Source of the DNA: Epiperipatus broadwayi
Taxonomy: Eukaryota; Animalia; Onychophora
Length of the DNA stretch: 64,000 nt
Assembly: GCA_028023455.1 (NCBI GenBank)
Contig: JAQFVV010000003.1
Coordinates: 13,764,001 to 13,828,000, forward strand
Direction: 5' to 3'
Positions within the stretch are counted from its first letter, which is position 1. Each line of letters opens with the position of its first letter. A model generated the notes under the pieces. The model was not told the DNA's origin, made no database searches, and worked only from the letters and a program-made list of their open reading frames with translations. The position numbers and the translations under genes are program-made. Shown here one piece after another: positions 27,435 through 40,299 of this stretch.

Positions 27435-30400
27435 GTAAGAGATATACCAGCAGATTCTGCCTGCATAGTAAATAATAGATGCCATTAAATAAACTAAAAG
27501 AACCAAAATCAAGGAAAAGTACATCAAAGAATGCTTTCTCAATCAACAAGAATAATTTAGGCAAAGCTTCACTGAATACCGGCAAAAATAGCTATATTTA
27601 CATTAACAGTTCTGCAGTTATCTGAATTTATAACACAAATTGTTGAAGATGAAAGAGAATAATTTGTATGAACTTTATTTAATTGCTCTTATGATTTTGT
27701 TTTACTAACATTAAGATATTTAATCCCCTACATGTGTACTTAATTTGTATTAAAATTTTTGTATAAGAATATTATGATTTATTTGGCATAGATGTAATGT
27801 TTTAGAGAGTAGAATGGCGATGGATTGCCCAATCTTATTATTCTGATTTATTAGATGTATCAACCATTTAAAGATCATAATATAAAAATATCTACAATAA
27901 AACAATTAATAAATCATCACAAACCCTCACCTAGAGGTTTGTCTTGTATTTTGTACTTGTAATTAGTTATTGTAAAAAAAAAAAAAAACGCTATAAATAA
28001 TTCTCATTTCCACTAACCTGGAATGTATTATGTGTAAGAATAACAATTTAAACTTTAGCATAAATAATGCTAGTATTATGGCCTCTGGTTAGGGTAAAGA
28101 CTGCATAGAGTGATTGAATAAATTAAAAAAGCTGGTCTTCATCAGTATAAAAATTTATAGTTTTAGTCAAAATGCACTTACAGATTTAGGATAGTCAGAG
28201 ATTGGGGAGAAAATTTATCTGTCAGATAAGCTAAGTATTAAATTTTATTAAGCGCTGTCTTGAGTTTATGTGCTATTATTTCAGATTGTTTTACATAAGT
28301 GTAGATCAGGGTGGTACCAATGCATTACCAAAACCCATTATGGATATTATAAACACTATTTAGGTAAACGTTTCATTATTTATCATATATTATGTATTTT
28401 TGATTGCCCAGAAATGAGTGTAAAGCAGATGCGTTTCTGTCTCTTGTACTTGGCAACTTATTATTATTTATCAGACATTTCCTACCTTTTAGTTTATAAG
28501 TTCTCAGTCACAAATGCCAGGTAGATGCATGATTCCTGCCCAAGGCATTTGGCCATATTTATTCTAATATTGTCTGGTATATGTGACATTTATTTCCATT
28601 ATAGTTTGAGTATTCCCTTGCATCTGCAGAACTTAGTCATTTAGTATGAAGTTCCAAGTGTTACAAAATGATTTATATTAATCTTGGCCTCTTAATAGTA
28701 TATTATATACAAATAATTTTTGGCATATCCTTAAGCTTGTGATTGATGTTGATTATTCTTGGAACTGGATTGGAATTGGTTATATATTATAGGTATTAAT
28801 ATTTACAGTTAGTCTGTGCAGTGAATCTTTATCAATTCCAGGGACAATTAAGATGCATGGTGCCATATATCATACGTGCATAATGTCAGATATTAATCTT
28901 ATTGAGATGATGAATATCTAATCATATGAATTTTGCTACAGACCAGCTAGGCCAGTTAAATAAAATCAATTGGGTTTAAAAACTGTTCATACAACAAATG
29001 ATCATTAAGCATCATTATCCTGAATTCGAACTATGGGTAAAAGACCAGTAGACTGATGTTCCAGGAGGGTTTCAGTCAATTATGTTAATATCCATTTGGT
29101 GATTATATATATATATGTAAATAAAGCTTAATTTCTCATGATTCTAGCATTGGTCTTTTACTACAATCAATAACAGTAATTAGAATATGATGAGTTTCTT
29201 GTATCTTATTGAGTTAGTGGGATATAAAATGAAAAAGTTTTTCATCATGTGATATTGAAATGTGAAGCTTCATGAAGATTATCCTTGCATGATTTTCATG
29301 TTTAGTTGTGCATTTTTGACTGTTACAATATATATACTGTATCAGACACTCGATCCCCTTTTAATCATGGAAGGCGCCACCAGATCACTGCATATCTGGA
29401 AAATTTGTTTACCATGATCAAAAGTGGATGAGGATGATGATCTGTGCTGACTAAACTCAGGGAGAAGCAAGAAATCTTAAACATTGTTCAGACAATTGAG
29501 AAATAAAAGCACTAAGATTAACATCAGCCAAATTAAGTTTAAATAATTTTAAAGTTTTATTAAGAGAAATATAAAATTATAAAGTAAAGATTTTCACACA
29601 ATAAATATGGTTATATCAGGCGTGTACTAGAAAGAATAAAATGTCAGCACTCTGGCAGACAGACTAATTTGTAATAGTGAATTAGAAAAGGAGGGAGCAA
29701 ATTTCTTTCAGCTGACAATTCATCCGCAACAGGGTTTCCTTATTCAAAAGTTCTAAAATGAAAAGTAAGGAAAGTTTCTTGCATGAATCAACAAAACAAG
29801 CATGGATGAGCGCTCAATAGTTATTGACTAATGATGTCATATTGCCACAGGACTGCTGCATGGACAAATCATGTTTAAGATCACCAAGGGTGATTACAAT
29901 GCAAGAACACACACACATACACAAATGAATACATCAGAGTGTAAATTATAAAACGGGAGAAAACTTACATCTCCAATTTAATGAAATAGTAAAATTAGAA
30001 AATACTCTGATGAAAGTGATTTAAAATTAATAAAATATTAAATCTCTGATTTAAGGAAAACAAACATATAATATGGTTGAATTACCAACCAAACGATTGG
30101 CCAAAACTAAGCTGAGAATAATAATTAAGAAATCTCAAGAGGAGACAGGTAAGTAATTAGAAAACCAGTTATGTTTGCCCAAGCATTTATCAAGAAAGTG
30201 AAATAATTAGAATTACAAATAATTTTCCAAACTAAATTTTCAGTACACATTCTGACAAATAAATTTAAAGCAAAAAAAATAACAGAGCAAATAAATCTAG
30301 CAAACAAAATACTAAAGTTTCACCTAGATTTTTATAAATTAATTTATCAGAGAGTGTATATGGGCTGAAAATATAAATATTAAATGCCTTGGCAGAAAGA

Positions 30401-30484
30401 AATGTTCTATCACCTAGAATTTAAATGGGAATTAAGAGTATCTTTCTGCTAGCGGTTCCTAAATCAATTCCATTCCTTTTACAG

Positions 30485-30605
30485 AGACTTAGAAAGATGG
30501 ATGCATGTGGAGAACTAACGGAACAGCACAGACGAGCTTTTCTTAGCCCGGAAAAGAAACGTCGGAACTGAGAATGTTATAATTCTGCAAAATGCTCATG
30601 GTCAG
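30485..30605 (+). other. Candidate exon (mostly UTR; possible ATG at 30592)
   Basis: Acceptor ccattccttttacAG and donor cag|GTATGT bound a GC/CpG-rich island. An upstream perfect donor CAG|GTAAGT lies at 30148. Confidence 0.5.
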
Positions 30606-31179
30606 GTATGTTTAAATCAGCCAAGGTTAGTCTCACACAAAAAAGGGAAGATTACAGACTACATAATCTGAATTATAAAAAATAAAATCTCTACCAAAAA
30701 AAAAGAATAATATATTTGATAAACTGCTAGCCAAAAGATTTGTGGTTTACAAAAGCGCAAACACAGTAATTTAAATTAATTATTGGACAATAAAATACGG
30801 ATAGGTGAGCAAACTAAAATTATGAAAAACTGCTAAAGCATTTAGCAATAGTTAGTAAAATAAAGGAAGACATATTATGCATATAAAAACATAATCTCAC
30901 AATACACTCTCCAATAAGCGAAATGGAAAACAAACTAGGAATCTTAAAACTAAGATTTCAAGACACATTATAAAATACCATGAAAAGCAAATACAGATAA
31001 TAAATATTAAATAATTAATAAAACTTTATACATCACACTTATTTTAGATTGAGCGGAGATTTAATTAAAAGAAATTTATTTACCCTGGAAAGAATAAGAA
31101 AAATTTTACCTTATGGTAAAGCAGAGTTCACATAATTTTTCTAAAGAGTGCACACTTTTATTATAAGTTCATCTTTCAG

Positions 31180-31312
31180 GTGTCTTCTCTTCATGACGAC
31201 GGCAAGTGTAGAGGCATATTTTGGTATCCTGGTTTACTTTAGACCTTCACGGCATAAAGAAAGAACAGCTTGGACTCAGAAGTCTGTCCTTAGTTTGTTA
31301 GCTGGGCATGTT
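31180..31312 (+). other. Candidate exon with an open frame
   Basis: Acceptor catctttcAG and donor GTT|GTAAGT. One frame is open throughout (CLLFMTTASVEAYFGILVYFRPSRHKERTAWTQKSVLSLLAGHV) and is in phase with the ATG at 30592. Confidence 0.5.
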
Positions 31313-31946
31313 GTAAGTTAGCAAATGTAAAGCAGTGAGTTTTGATATCTTTGAGAAACAAAATCTTTTATTAACCGTATGAATCTCAGCAGGCTAATAT
31401 AAAAAACAAATGGCAGAATTATAAAAAGCTGAATCAATCATTTGTCTCAGCCAAGAATAATCTCTCTTTCTAAAATGTCTGAAATTTTTGGGGTTATTTA
31501 TACCTCCACACTATCTCCCGTGTAAACCTTCTTGTTGTTCAATTCTACGCCTGAGGCCAGGGCAATCTTATTTAAGAATTCTAACCAGGGATTATTTTAT
31601 ATAAAAACAACAATACAAAATTAAATATCTGTTTTAAAATCGAACTAAAATGATTAAAATAAAAGAAACAGAAATGCAATTAAAAAGTTTGCTTGCTTTT
31701 AATTAAAAATAAAAATAAAAAAAGCGGTAAAAGAAAACTATTTTAGAAACCAAATTTATGACAAAAACAAATAAAATGACATTTTAAAAACATAAATGAG
31801 AATGTGTGTTAAGACACATATATACTCTTATAAACAATTTTTAAATGGTTTTAAACTTTTTACTTTAGAAATTTAATGAAATTAAAAAGTTTTAATTTTT
31901 GGCAATGAAACCATTGAATCAGATTAAACATCTGGTTCAATATATA

Positions 31947-32145
31947 TAATTAAAATTACCCCAAATTCACAACTCAACCAGACTAGTCAAAAAAAAAAAA
32001 AACAACAACTCCTAAACACAACCAATGGTTTTGCTGCTACAAGCAGACACTTGAGAAGTCTGCTTGTAGCAGTGAAACCATTGTGTTTCAAGTTTATTTT
32101 TGTGGCTAGTCTGGTTGAGTTGTGAGTTTGGGATAATTTTGATTA
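31947..32145. repeat. ~200-bp fold-back hairpin, probably an inverted PLE pLTR pair with a decayed HHR (family B)
   Basis: Arms 31947-32048 and 32058-32145, 9-nt loop, perfect 15-bp inner stem. The right arm reads acac-TTGAGA-agt-ctgc-ttgta-gcag-t-GAAAC-catt-gtgt; the left arm reversed gives gcagc-AAAAC-cattg-GTT-gtgt. Confidence 0.7.
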
Positions 32146-35100
32146 TTTATTGACTAGTTTAGCTTTATGCTTTTAATGTTTTATATATATTGTATCCAGG
32201 GATTTACAGAGAGAAGCAGATAGAGATTCAAATTACAAAGAATCAAGGAATTCTTTGCTACTACAATTTATGCTAAGAATAAAGAAAGCTACAAATATAA
32301 TAGCAACAATGATAACCATTAAACATTATAAAGTATAACTAAAATAAAATTTTAAGAAGAGGAGAAATCTCAGCTCATTCTTGCAAAACTTTTAAAGCTC
32401 CCAATATTGATAACATACATCACAAAGTAGCAAGGTACAATAATTTCTCTACTTATAATAAAAATTTCTTTCATTATCCCCTCTCCAATATACTCTTATA
32501 TCTCCAACTCCCTCTTCATCATCTTATACCAGGATCAGATCCATGTTTAATAAAATAATCATTTTTTATAAATCTTACTGATTTATTTATACTACTTTGC
32601 TTTTCTTTGACAATAGATATAAATTCTTATTATATAGAACTATGGTATTATAATCTCAGGGTTCTTCTATTATATTTTCATATTAAAATTTTTTCAATAT
32701 TTTACTTGTTAATAAAATGAATGGTATCCTAGTGATAGATATGAGAAGACATACACTTAGTTCTATAAGCTAATGCACCTACTATATAATAATAATAATA
32801 ATGGAAAATTTTGATAAAATATTTTAATTAAGACAAAAATGCATAAAATTCTAAATTTGGAATAATATAATCATCTCCTAGGATAGCATTTGAATAACAA
32901 AAGTGAAATGGAATTTTATGGACACTCAAAATATTCATCAACAATATGAATAACTTTTATTAAATGAAAACAGACAATGATTAACTATAAATCAGTCTTA
33001 TGTAAATAGATTGCAGTTTTAAATTACAGTGATCAATAGAATAAATAAATAATATTTTATTTTAAATGCATTCTTCATATCTGCAAAATAATCATCATTA
33101 AATAGGTTAATATTTCATTTATATGATTGTATTCTGAATAAATAGCATGAAAAATATTTGTATTATAAATTACACAATGTTTAGATTTCTGGATATGGAT
33201 TGGTTAAATACCAATATATCGTAGAGACACTTCACAAGACTTAACAACAAAATAACTTTTATTATACAATAAACAAACTTTATAAATAAGAACACCATAG
33301 AAATCTGTTACAATAATTCAATGCAGTTACTTGCAGGAGAATACTTTTACAATCTTAAAATTATCTAAATGAATAAATTAAATATCCATGATCTATGATG
33401 GTCTTAGGTGGACAAGTACATCTTATAAATAAGATTATTACAAGAAATTTTATCCTTTAGGTAAATAGTTATTATCACTAAAATATTTTGTATCTTTAAA
33501 GTAATAGAACGTTTCTAAATTATAAACAAGATTATGGTACAAGTTTTATACCTTCATGCATAAAATATATGTCCTAATATAATTCTATAATCTATAACTT
33601 TTACCAATTTATGCTTTTACTTATCAATTCTATGGTCTTTAATTGCTGAAGTTGTATTAAATCTTTAAATTATTCTCGGAAGGTTACACATATACATTCA
33701 TACACTCTATGCTATTGACCCAATAATGAGTAAACCTGAAAAATCTTTAGATCTTACCAATCCAGCAATGACTTGCTTCTGAATGATGATGATGCATATG
33801 GCTTATTTAGGCTAAAGAATATAAATTTATAATTTTGAATAAATCATTATTGGTTTTATTTATGTAATGCTGGCAAAGCACAGCAATACAGATTTATATA
33901 TCAAAACTCTCAATCTAAAAGTGCTTCTGAAGAAAGGATGATACATTTCAAAATAACAAAGTTATCAATGACCAACATGCTAAAATATCAATGACACCAT
34001 ACATGATGATAAATACACAATAAAGATGATACTTCCAGGAGGGAAAACTACATAAAGCAATAAATTTAGTGATGGCATGAGCCCAAAATAGACACCTACT
34101 TCCTGAGGGCAAGAAAATATGTTAAGACTCTTGTCACTAGACATATAATAAAATGGGTAATGAACTGCCACAAATATAGCCATAAAACATGAAGAAGATA
34201 TCACTCAAAGAAAATATCAATGATATGAAAGAGTAACCTTCTATCTCCTTATAAAATATTTAAATTATTCCAATGCAACAATGAGAGAGTCAAGTTTCAT
34301 AAACTAGCAAGGTGGAAATAAAATTTACATACCTTGGAAATGTACAATGGTCAGATAACATATATAAAAGAGGAATTAATTATAAACTCTCAATACTAAT
34401 TGATGCATAAAACTGAGAAAATAATAATATAGTTGTCAATATGACTGAATAAATGTAGCTATAAGCAATTAAAAGAAACAAGAAATATACATCATTTTTC
34501 ATAAAAATTACAGCATTCATTATAAAATATACTTCTCATCAGTCTATTCCAAAGTCATCTCAAAAAAGCATATATCAGAAACAAATAGACATTGAAATAC
34601 AATACTAAATATTGCAAGTATATTAATATAAAATTTAATATAAGCTGCACATACAACCAACTCTAGGTATTTTAATTTATGTGATAAATAATTAAGTTTG
34701 ATTTTAACAATTATATCAATCCTTGATTAATGGTTGAAAAATAAGGACTCTGAATTCAATTTAACTGCAAATAATATAATGAGATAGACAAAAAAATATC
34801 TACTGGGATTCACAAAAAGAGATAAAAAAGTGGGTGTAAATCAAACTTGAATTACTGATGTTATTGTAAATCTAAATGAAGATGGGTGGAAATATACCAT
34901 TTCATCTACCAGTGGTGAATATTATGGTTTAATTGCTTGTTTTACAGCCACTGAATTAGCATTTACTTAATCAGTTCTCATTAACACCTCTCTAGCTAAT
35001 AGTAGCTAGATATCCATTTGTTGATCAATACTGGCTAGCTGAATTAGTTATGGGCTGCCAATGTGGGAAAAAAAAATCTAAGTTTTTTTATGTTCAGAAA

Positions 35101-37039
35101 AAATTTCCATGATTCACCTAATATCAGACCATAGATATAATAAGTGGATGCATAAGCATTTTGCTCCAAGACATTTCATCACAGGAAATAGAGAAGATAG
35201 CAGATCAGATATTTCAAATGAAATGAGGTCATGAAACTTGTTATATAAATTTTTGTAGAAAAAGCAGGTATATATTAGAGCTGGTGATTAATCAATTATA
35301 AGATTTTAAACCATTTGATTGTGATATATTTAACATTACTGACATAACAAATAGCAATATAAAACAATAGAATAAGGATTATTTGAACAGTTTTGACCAA
35401 TGAGCTAATCAAATATAACAAGTAAGGCTACTAATTTTATCTAACAGTTGTAGTATGAATAGATTTGCTATATTTAGTGCAGTAATAATGAACTTATGAC
35501 TTGATTAATTTTATCTGATACACATATCCCAGGCTTCAGTCAACTCTAAGAATGCCTTATCTACATGAATATGAGATATCAGTTCCTATAAGATAAGCTG
35601 TGCTAATACTTTTATGAATCTTAATTTTTTTGTTATTTATTATCATAATCTATCTAGGATATTTAGATTTAAAATAAATAAATACATTTTTATAGTACTT
35701 TAAAAAAAAAGGTTTTGTGTGTGTAAAAACATTAATTTTTTTATTATTATGAAAATAACAATAACTGCTCTTTTAATAAAAGTCTAGTTTTACCATATAG
35801 CTATCATTAATTATTTGCATCATAAATTTTATTAAATTAAATAGTGGAAATTTGTCTTGGTTTATAAATGTGACTTCATATAAACCTAAAATTGTTAATT
35901 TAGCATCAATCACCAACAATTTTCTTTTTTAAAAAAGTTTCATATAACATGAGAATTCAACAATAAATTATGGCAGCTCTCATAACACAGAGACCCATAT
36001 TTAAGATGGTTGAAATATAGAAAATTTGAAGAATATATTGTTTTGTTTCAGTTTTAGAATTACATCAAATAATGTTTTTCAATTGTTTTATAAATTCTTA
36101 TTAATGACTCATTAACGATTATAGGAAAAAAAATTGAAAAATTTGTACAAGTCAGATTAGTTAAAAAAATGTTGTTATTGCATTTTTTATTTGAGTCCAT
36201 TAAAAAATTGTGAGCTTGGTTCAAAGAATAAAAAAAAAAAGTACACTATCTGATAAACAATAATATTATTCAATTAGTATTAATCCTTTTAATAAAAATT
36301 ACATTTCATGATTATAAAGATAACTTCTGGAATAAAACCATCACTCTTTTACATTAGTTCTTAAGTCTCATATAACACAAGATTTTATATATAATTATAA
36401 CATTATGTGATGATCACTTCTATATTCCATCTAATTGTAGATTAAAAATTATAATAGTAAAACAACATTTCTATAATTAGTGATATTATTTTTTCATTGT
36501 TTTATTATGATGATCTAAACTTATTTGTCATAATTTAGAGAATAAATTGACATACCTATTATAAAAGATTTTCCACAATCAAAAGCTTAAACACAGGCAT
36601 GATATTTATACAAATTTAACATATCCCTCATCAGTAATGAAGACTGCATCTCAATACAATACCATCTTTTTATATTGTTACTATCAGCAACTAATATTCA
36701 GATGACAAACTAGATTAAATGGTTTATTTCTCTCAAGCTAAACTCAGCTACTTGAAAAACTATTCTAGAAGTTCTCAGTTACTTGAAAAACTTTTCCAAG
36801 TTCCATCAAAAATTCAACTTCAGATCATGATAGCAGTATAAAAACAATAATAACCACGCCACTAGACATTTTAAATTATCACTAATTTAACATAATGCTA
36901 TATGTAGGGTTAATACTGACATTACCAGCTGCATATGTATCATTATATTTATTGTATCAAAATAAAACTCAACACAGAACTAAAACTTAACAAATATGAA
37001 TTTATGTGTGTTTTTAATTCATTCTCTGTTTTGGCAGTT

Positions 37040-37860
37040 TTCAAAATGACATCCAGGTATAGAATAACTTCTTTCACCCACTGTAACAGGCTATCAATTT
37101 CTACTTGAAATCCATTTGGGCAATAATAATTCTGTATGGCAGTTTATTATATTTACAAAGTCCCAAGTGCTTATTGATGGTTAAGAGTACTGTCATTCTT
37201 GTTGTTACTGGAATTTGATGGAACACAGACTTTAAATTGATCTTAGCAAAGTATGTTGCTTTCTGTAATGAAACTAAGATCCCCCAAAATAACTGTAAAG
37301 AAAGCAAAAATTGAGAGTAAGAACTATAAGAATATGGATAATATCTGGACAGATTATTGTTATGGCTGTAAGGACTATATAAAAAAAAATTGTAAATTTA
37401 AAATGAACTGATTCCATACTTATAGAGTAGAAAGATACTTGTTGCGAGTTTGTCGTAAGAGAGAAAGCACAAAGATGAGTTATTATCAAATAGTAAATCG
37501 AGAAAAAAAGTCTGCACAAGAGAAATAAATTTCAATAAGATAAATGATATTGAGAATAATCACATAATATTGGACGTTCACATTCTTGAACAGAAAGTCA
37601 TAACGGAAACTGACTGTGGAGTAAGCGTATCTTATGACAGAGAGAAATTGGTCAAGATCATAAGGAAATGTAAGAGGTGTATACCAATAGTAAAAACTGA
37701 CATGGTAGTGATCAATGTAAATGGAAACACAATAGATATATAAGCCATAATAACCATTTCAGTAAAAAGTAAATTCAAGAGTTACAAATCTACTTTTGTA
37801 TATTGTGATGAGAGATTTAAGCTTTAATTCTATCCCAAAATCAGTTTAAACAATTAGCAA
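37040..37860. mobile_element. Decayed Ty3/Gypsy fragments, RT inverted relative to gag-protease
   Basis: Minus 37101-37290 reads YFAKINLKSVFHQIPV..LLTINKHLGLCKYNKLPY (RT). Plus ~37330-37640 reads CYGCKDYIKKNCKFK..VCR and KVITETDCGVSVS (knuckle, protease). Confidence 0.7.
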
Positions 37861-39599
37861 TTAAGATTAGGATAATAAAAAGAGTACAGATGGAATAGAA
37901 AATTGAAGGAAATTTTCCACAGTTTTAAATCATGCCCATAACAGATAAACAAAAGTCCAGTTGAGAAAAATATGCATGCATAATAAAAAATATATATAAG
38001 TAAAATTTTATTATTTCTGATAAAGTTTCTTTTTCTTAAAAGTTATTGTATGAAAGTTCTTTACTCTAAATCCCATAATCAGTGAAGCTTAACAAGCTTA
38101 ATGATGAATTTGATCCTGGTGATGATTGCTTAATACTAAATCAGTTGTCTCTATAACTTATAGATGATGCAATTTTCTAGGAAAGTTCCATTTAGTTTCT
38201 TAAGTCGTAACCAACTCTTAAAGAATTCTGATATAATGATGATAAAACAGCTTATTATATAATGAAATAAATTTCTTACCTTGCAGTTTCTTAAGATTGA
38301 AATTCATGAAATATAACTGATTACCGGAATTCTAAAATAATATTTATATATAGGAGTTTTCCAAAAAACATGATGAAATTTATAAATGCATGTACAATGG
38401 TAGTCATAAAACACAGTCAAGAATTGGAAAGGATCAAAGGCATTTGACCCTTTTTCTACTTCTATTAGAAAGGCATTGTTATTTGAATATCAACTGTATA
38501 TTCCTACAGGAAAAATATCCAATGTTATAAAATGAAGATTTAAATTGCAAGTAAATTTTATTCTATACTATTCTTTTCTGCTGTCCTTTCTTGTCTCAAA
38601 ATTCCAAATAACATTGTTATAGGGATTCTAGAATGGTTAATTAATAATGCTTTTATATAATTTTTGGTATATTCATACACACATTTAGAATAAGTGTTTT
38701 AGAATTTTCAAAAATAAAATATAAATCATTTAATCTTTATGAAATAAATATAAGCTTTTGGTATTTAGATTTTTTATTTAATAATCTCATCTAAATTCAC
38801 ATACACGACTATTATCATTCAACCACTATTAATTAAAATCTAAATTATAATGAGCTTTTCTTTTTCAAATATTTATTTATAGTTTGGAATGTTTTTTAAC
38901 GGCTTTCAGTGGTCGTAGATGACTGCCATTAGCAGTAACTGATGCATCAAAATTTTTTCTTTTTAAAATTGCAGAAAAACTATAATCATGACATTTGCAA
39001 AAAGCTCAGAATTCTCTGCTGCTTGAGTTTCTTTTTAAAATTGTGTATTGCATGTTAAAATCGGACAAAATTTGAATTTTTTATTAATAGGTTCATTTAA
39101 TTTTTTTCTTTTCTGCTCAGTTTACTAGATTTCACAAAGAAGCACCGGCAGAAATTTTTGTATCAGCAGAACACTGTAATAATATGGATTAAAGATGTCT
39201 CGATGATTCAAGGCCTTCATCCCAATAAAAACATAATATTACAAGTATTCAATTTTAATTTTTTTATTACTTGCATAGTATTATTTAAATTTTTATTATT
39301 TTATAAATGTATAATTTATTAATGTGTTTGTATTAGTGTGTGTAATATATAAATTATTCTCGTACTCAAATAAAACGTAGTGGTTTATGTACAATGTAAT
39401 TTTGGGGCTCTGATCCAAGTTGGAGGCAATCTTATTTTATAGACATAATGATTATCAAAATGTTTAATAATTTATCAGGATGTTTATATTTGTATTAGTG
39501 TATTTGTGTTTGCACTTGCATGTCTGCGTTTGTATAACAAGTAATATATATAAAATTAAAATTAAGGTATTATAGAGCAGTGCAATGTAAATTTTAAGA

Positions 39600-39750
39600 T
39601 TGATTATCTGATGTACAGAAAGTTTGCAGTTGATAAAGCAATCACAAAATTTACTGGGCATAGTACCATGTAAAAATATTAACTCTTAAAACCAATAGAG
39701 AGGTTTCAAATGGTCTGTGTGGTGATAGCCATAATGGTTATGTATGCAGG
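39600..39750 (+). mobile_element. piggyBac transposase remnant
   Basis: AVDKAITKFTGHSTM..KY..KPI.RGFK....DSHNGYV resembles piggyBac VDE.M..F.GR...KQY.P.KP.K.G.K.W...DS..GY. Confidence 0.65.
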
Positions 39751-39818
39751 CAAAGAATCAAACCCTGATTCCTGCCTATGCCTTGGTATTCAGGCTTCTG
39801 GCATTTGGCTGAACACTG

Positions 39819-40299
39819 CACTACTATATGGAGAGTTTTGCCTGTGTTAATAATAGTTATGTGTAAGCATAAGAAATGGTGGTCATGTGATGTTTAGTGG
39901 TTCAACACCAATCTTGTCTAATAGGATAGTGGTGGCTATGGTTGTTAAAGAACCAAAGACACCAAAATGTATGAGTACTGAACTGAATTCAGACCCATAT
40001 GACTATATAAGCTATTGAGCTTATATTGAAAATATTATTATGTTTTCAATTTTATTCTCATGATTTTGTAGTTATGTAGAGATAAAAGGTGTCTTCTGGA
40101 GGGTTGCAATAGATCCTAAGATCTAGATGCTCTCAGATCCAAGGTTCCTCACTGACGAAGACCACAAGCCAGAAACTAGTCTGGGGATATTGGATGAGTA
40201 GTCGCTAGATGGGGATTTTATGCACAAGCCTTCTGTCATCCATTGATTACTCTGGCTGGAACTGAGTGGCACTACTGTATGGAGAGTTTTGCCTATATT
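39819..40299 (+). mobile_element. Full ~451-bp unit of HHR family A with terminal direct redundancy
   Basis: cactact(a/g)tatggagagttttgcc occurs at 39819 and 40270. HHR at 40146-40187 has a GTC triplet. No ORF. Confidence 0.85.

Noticed and set aside
27265-27585. 106-aa hydrophobic minus-strand ORF
   Set aside because: It has a TTG start, a stop just upstream, a weak acceptor and no recognisable family. Its composition is typical of antisense reading of purine-rich DNA. Not excluded, but unsupported.
32022-32083. Pre-miRNA
   Set aside because: No known mature sequence was recognised, and the arms extend to ~100 bp and decode as a duplicated HHR/pLTR end.
33925-33960. Additional HHR (CTGAAGA..)
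   Set aside because: No GAAA motif and poor helix II.
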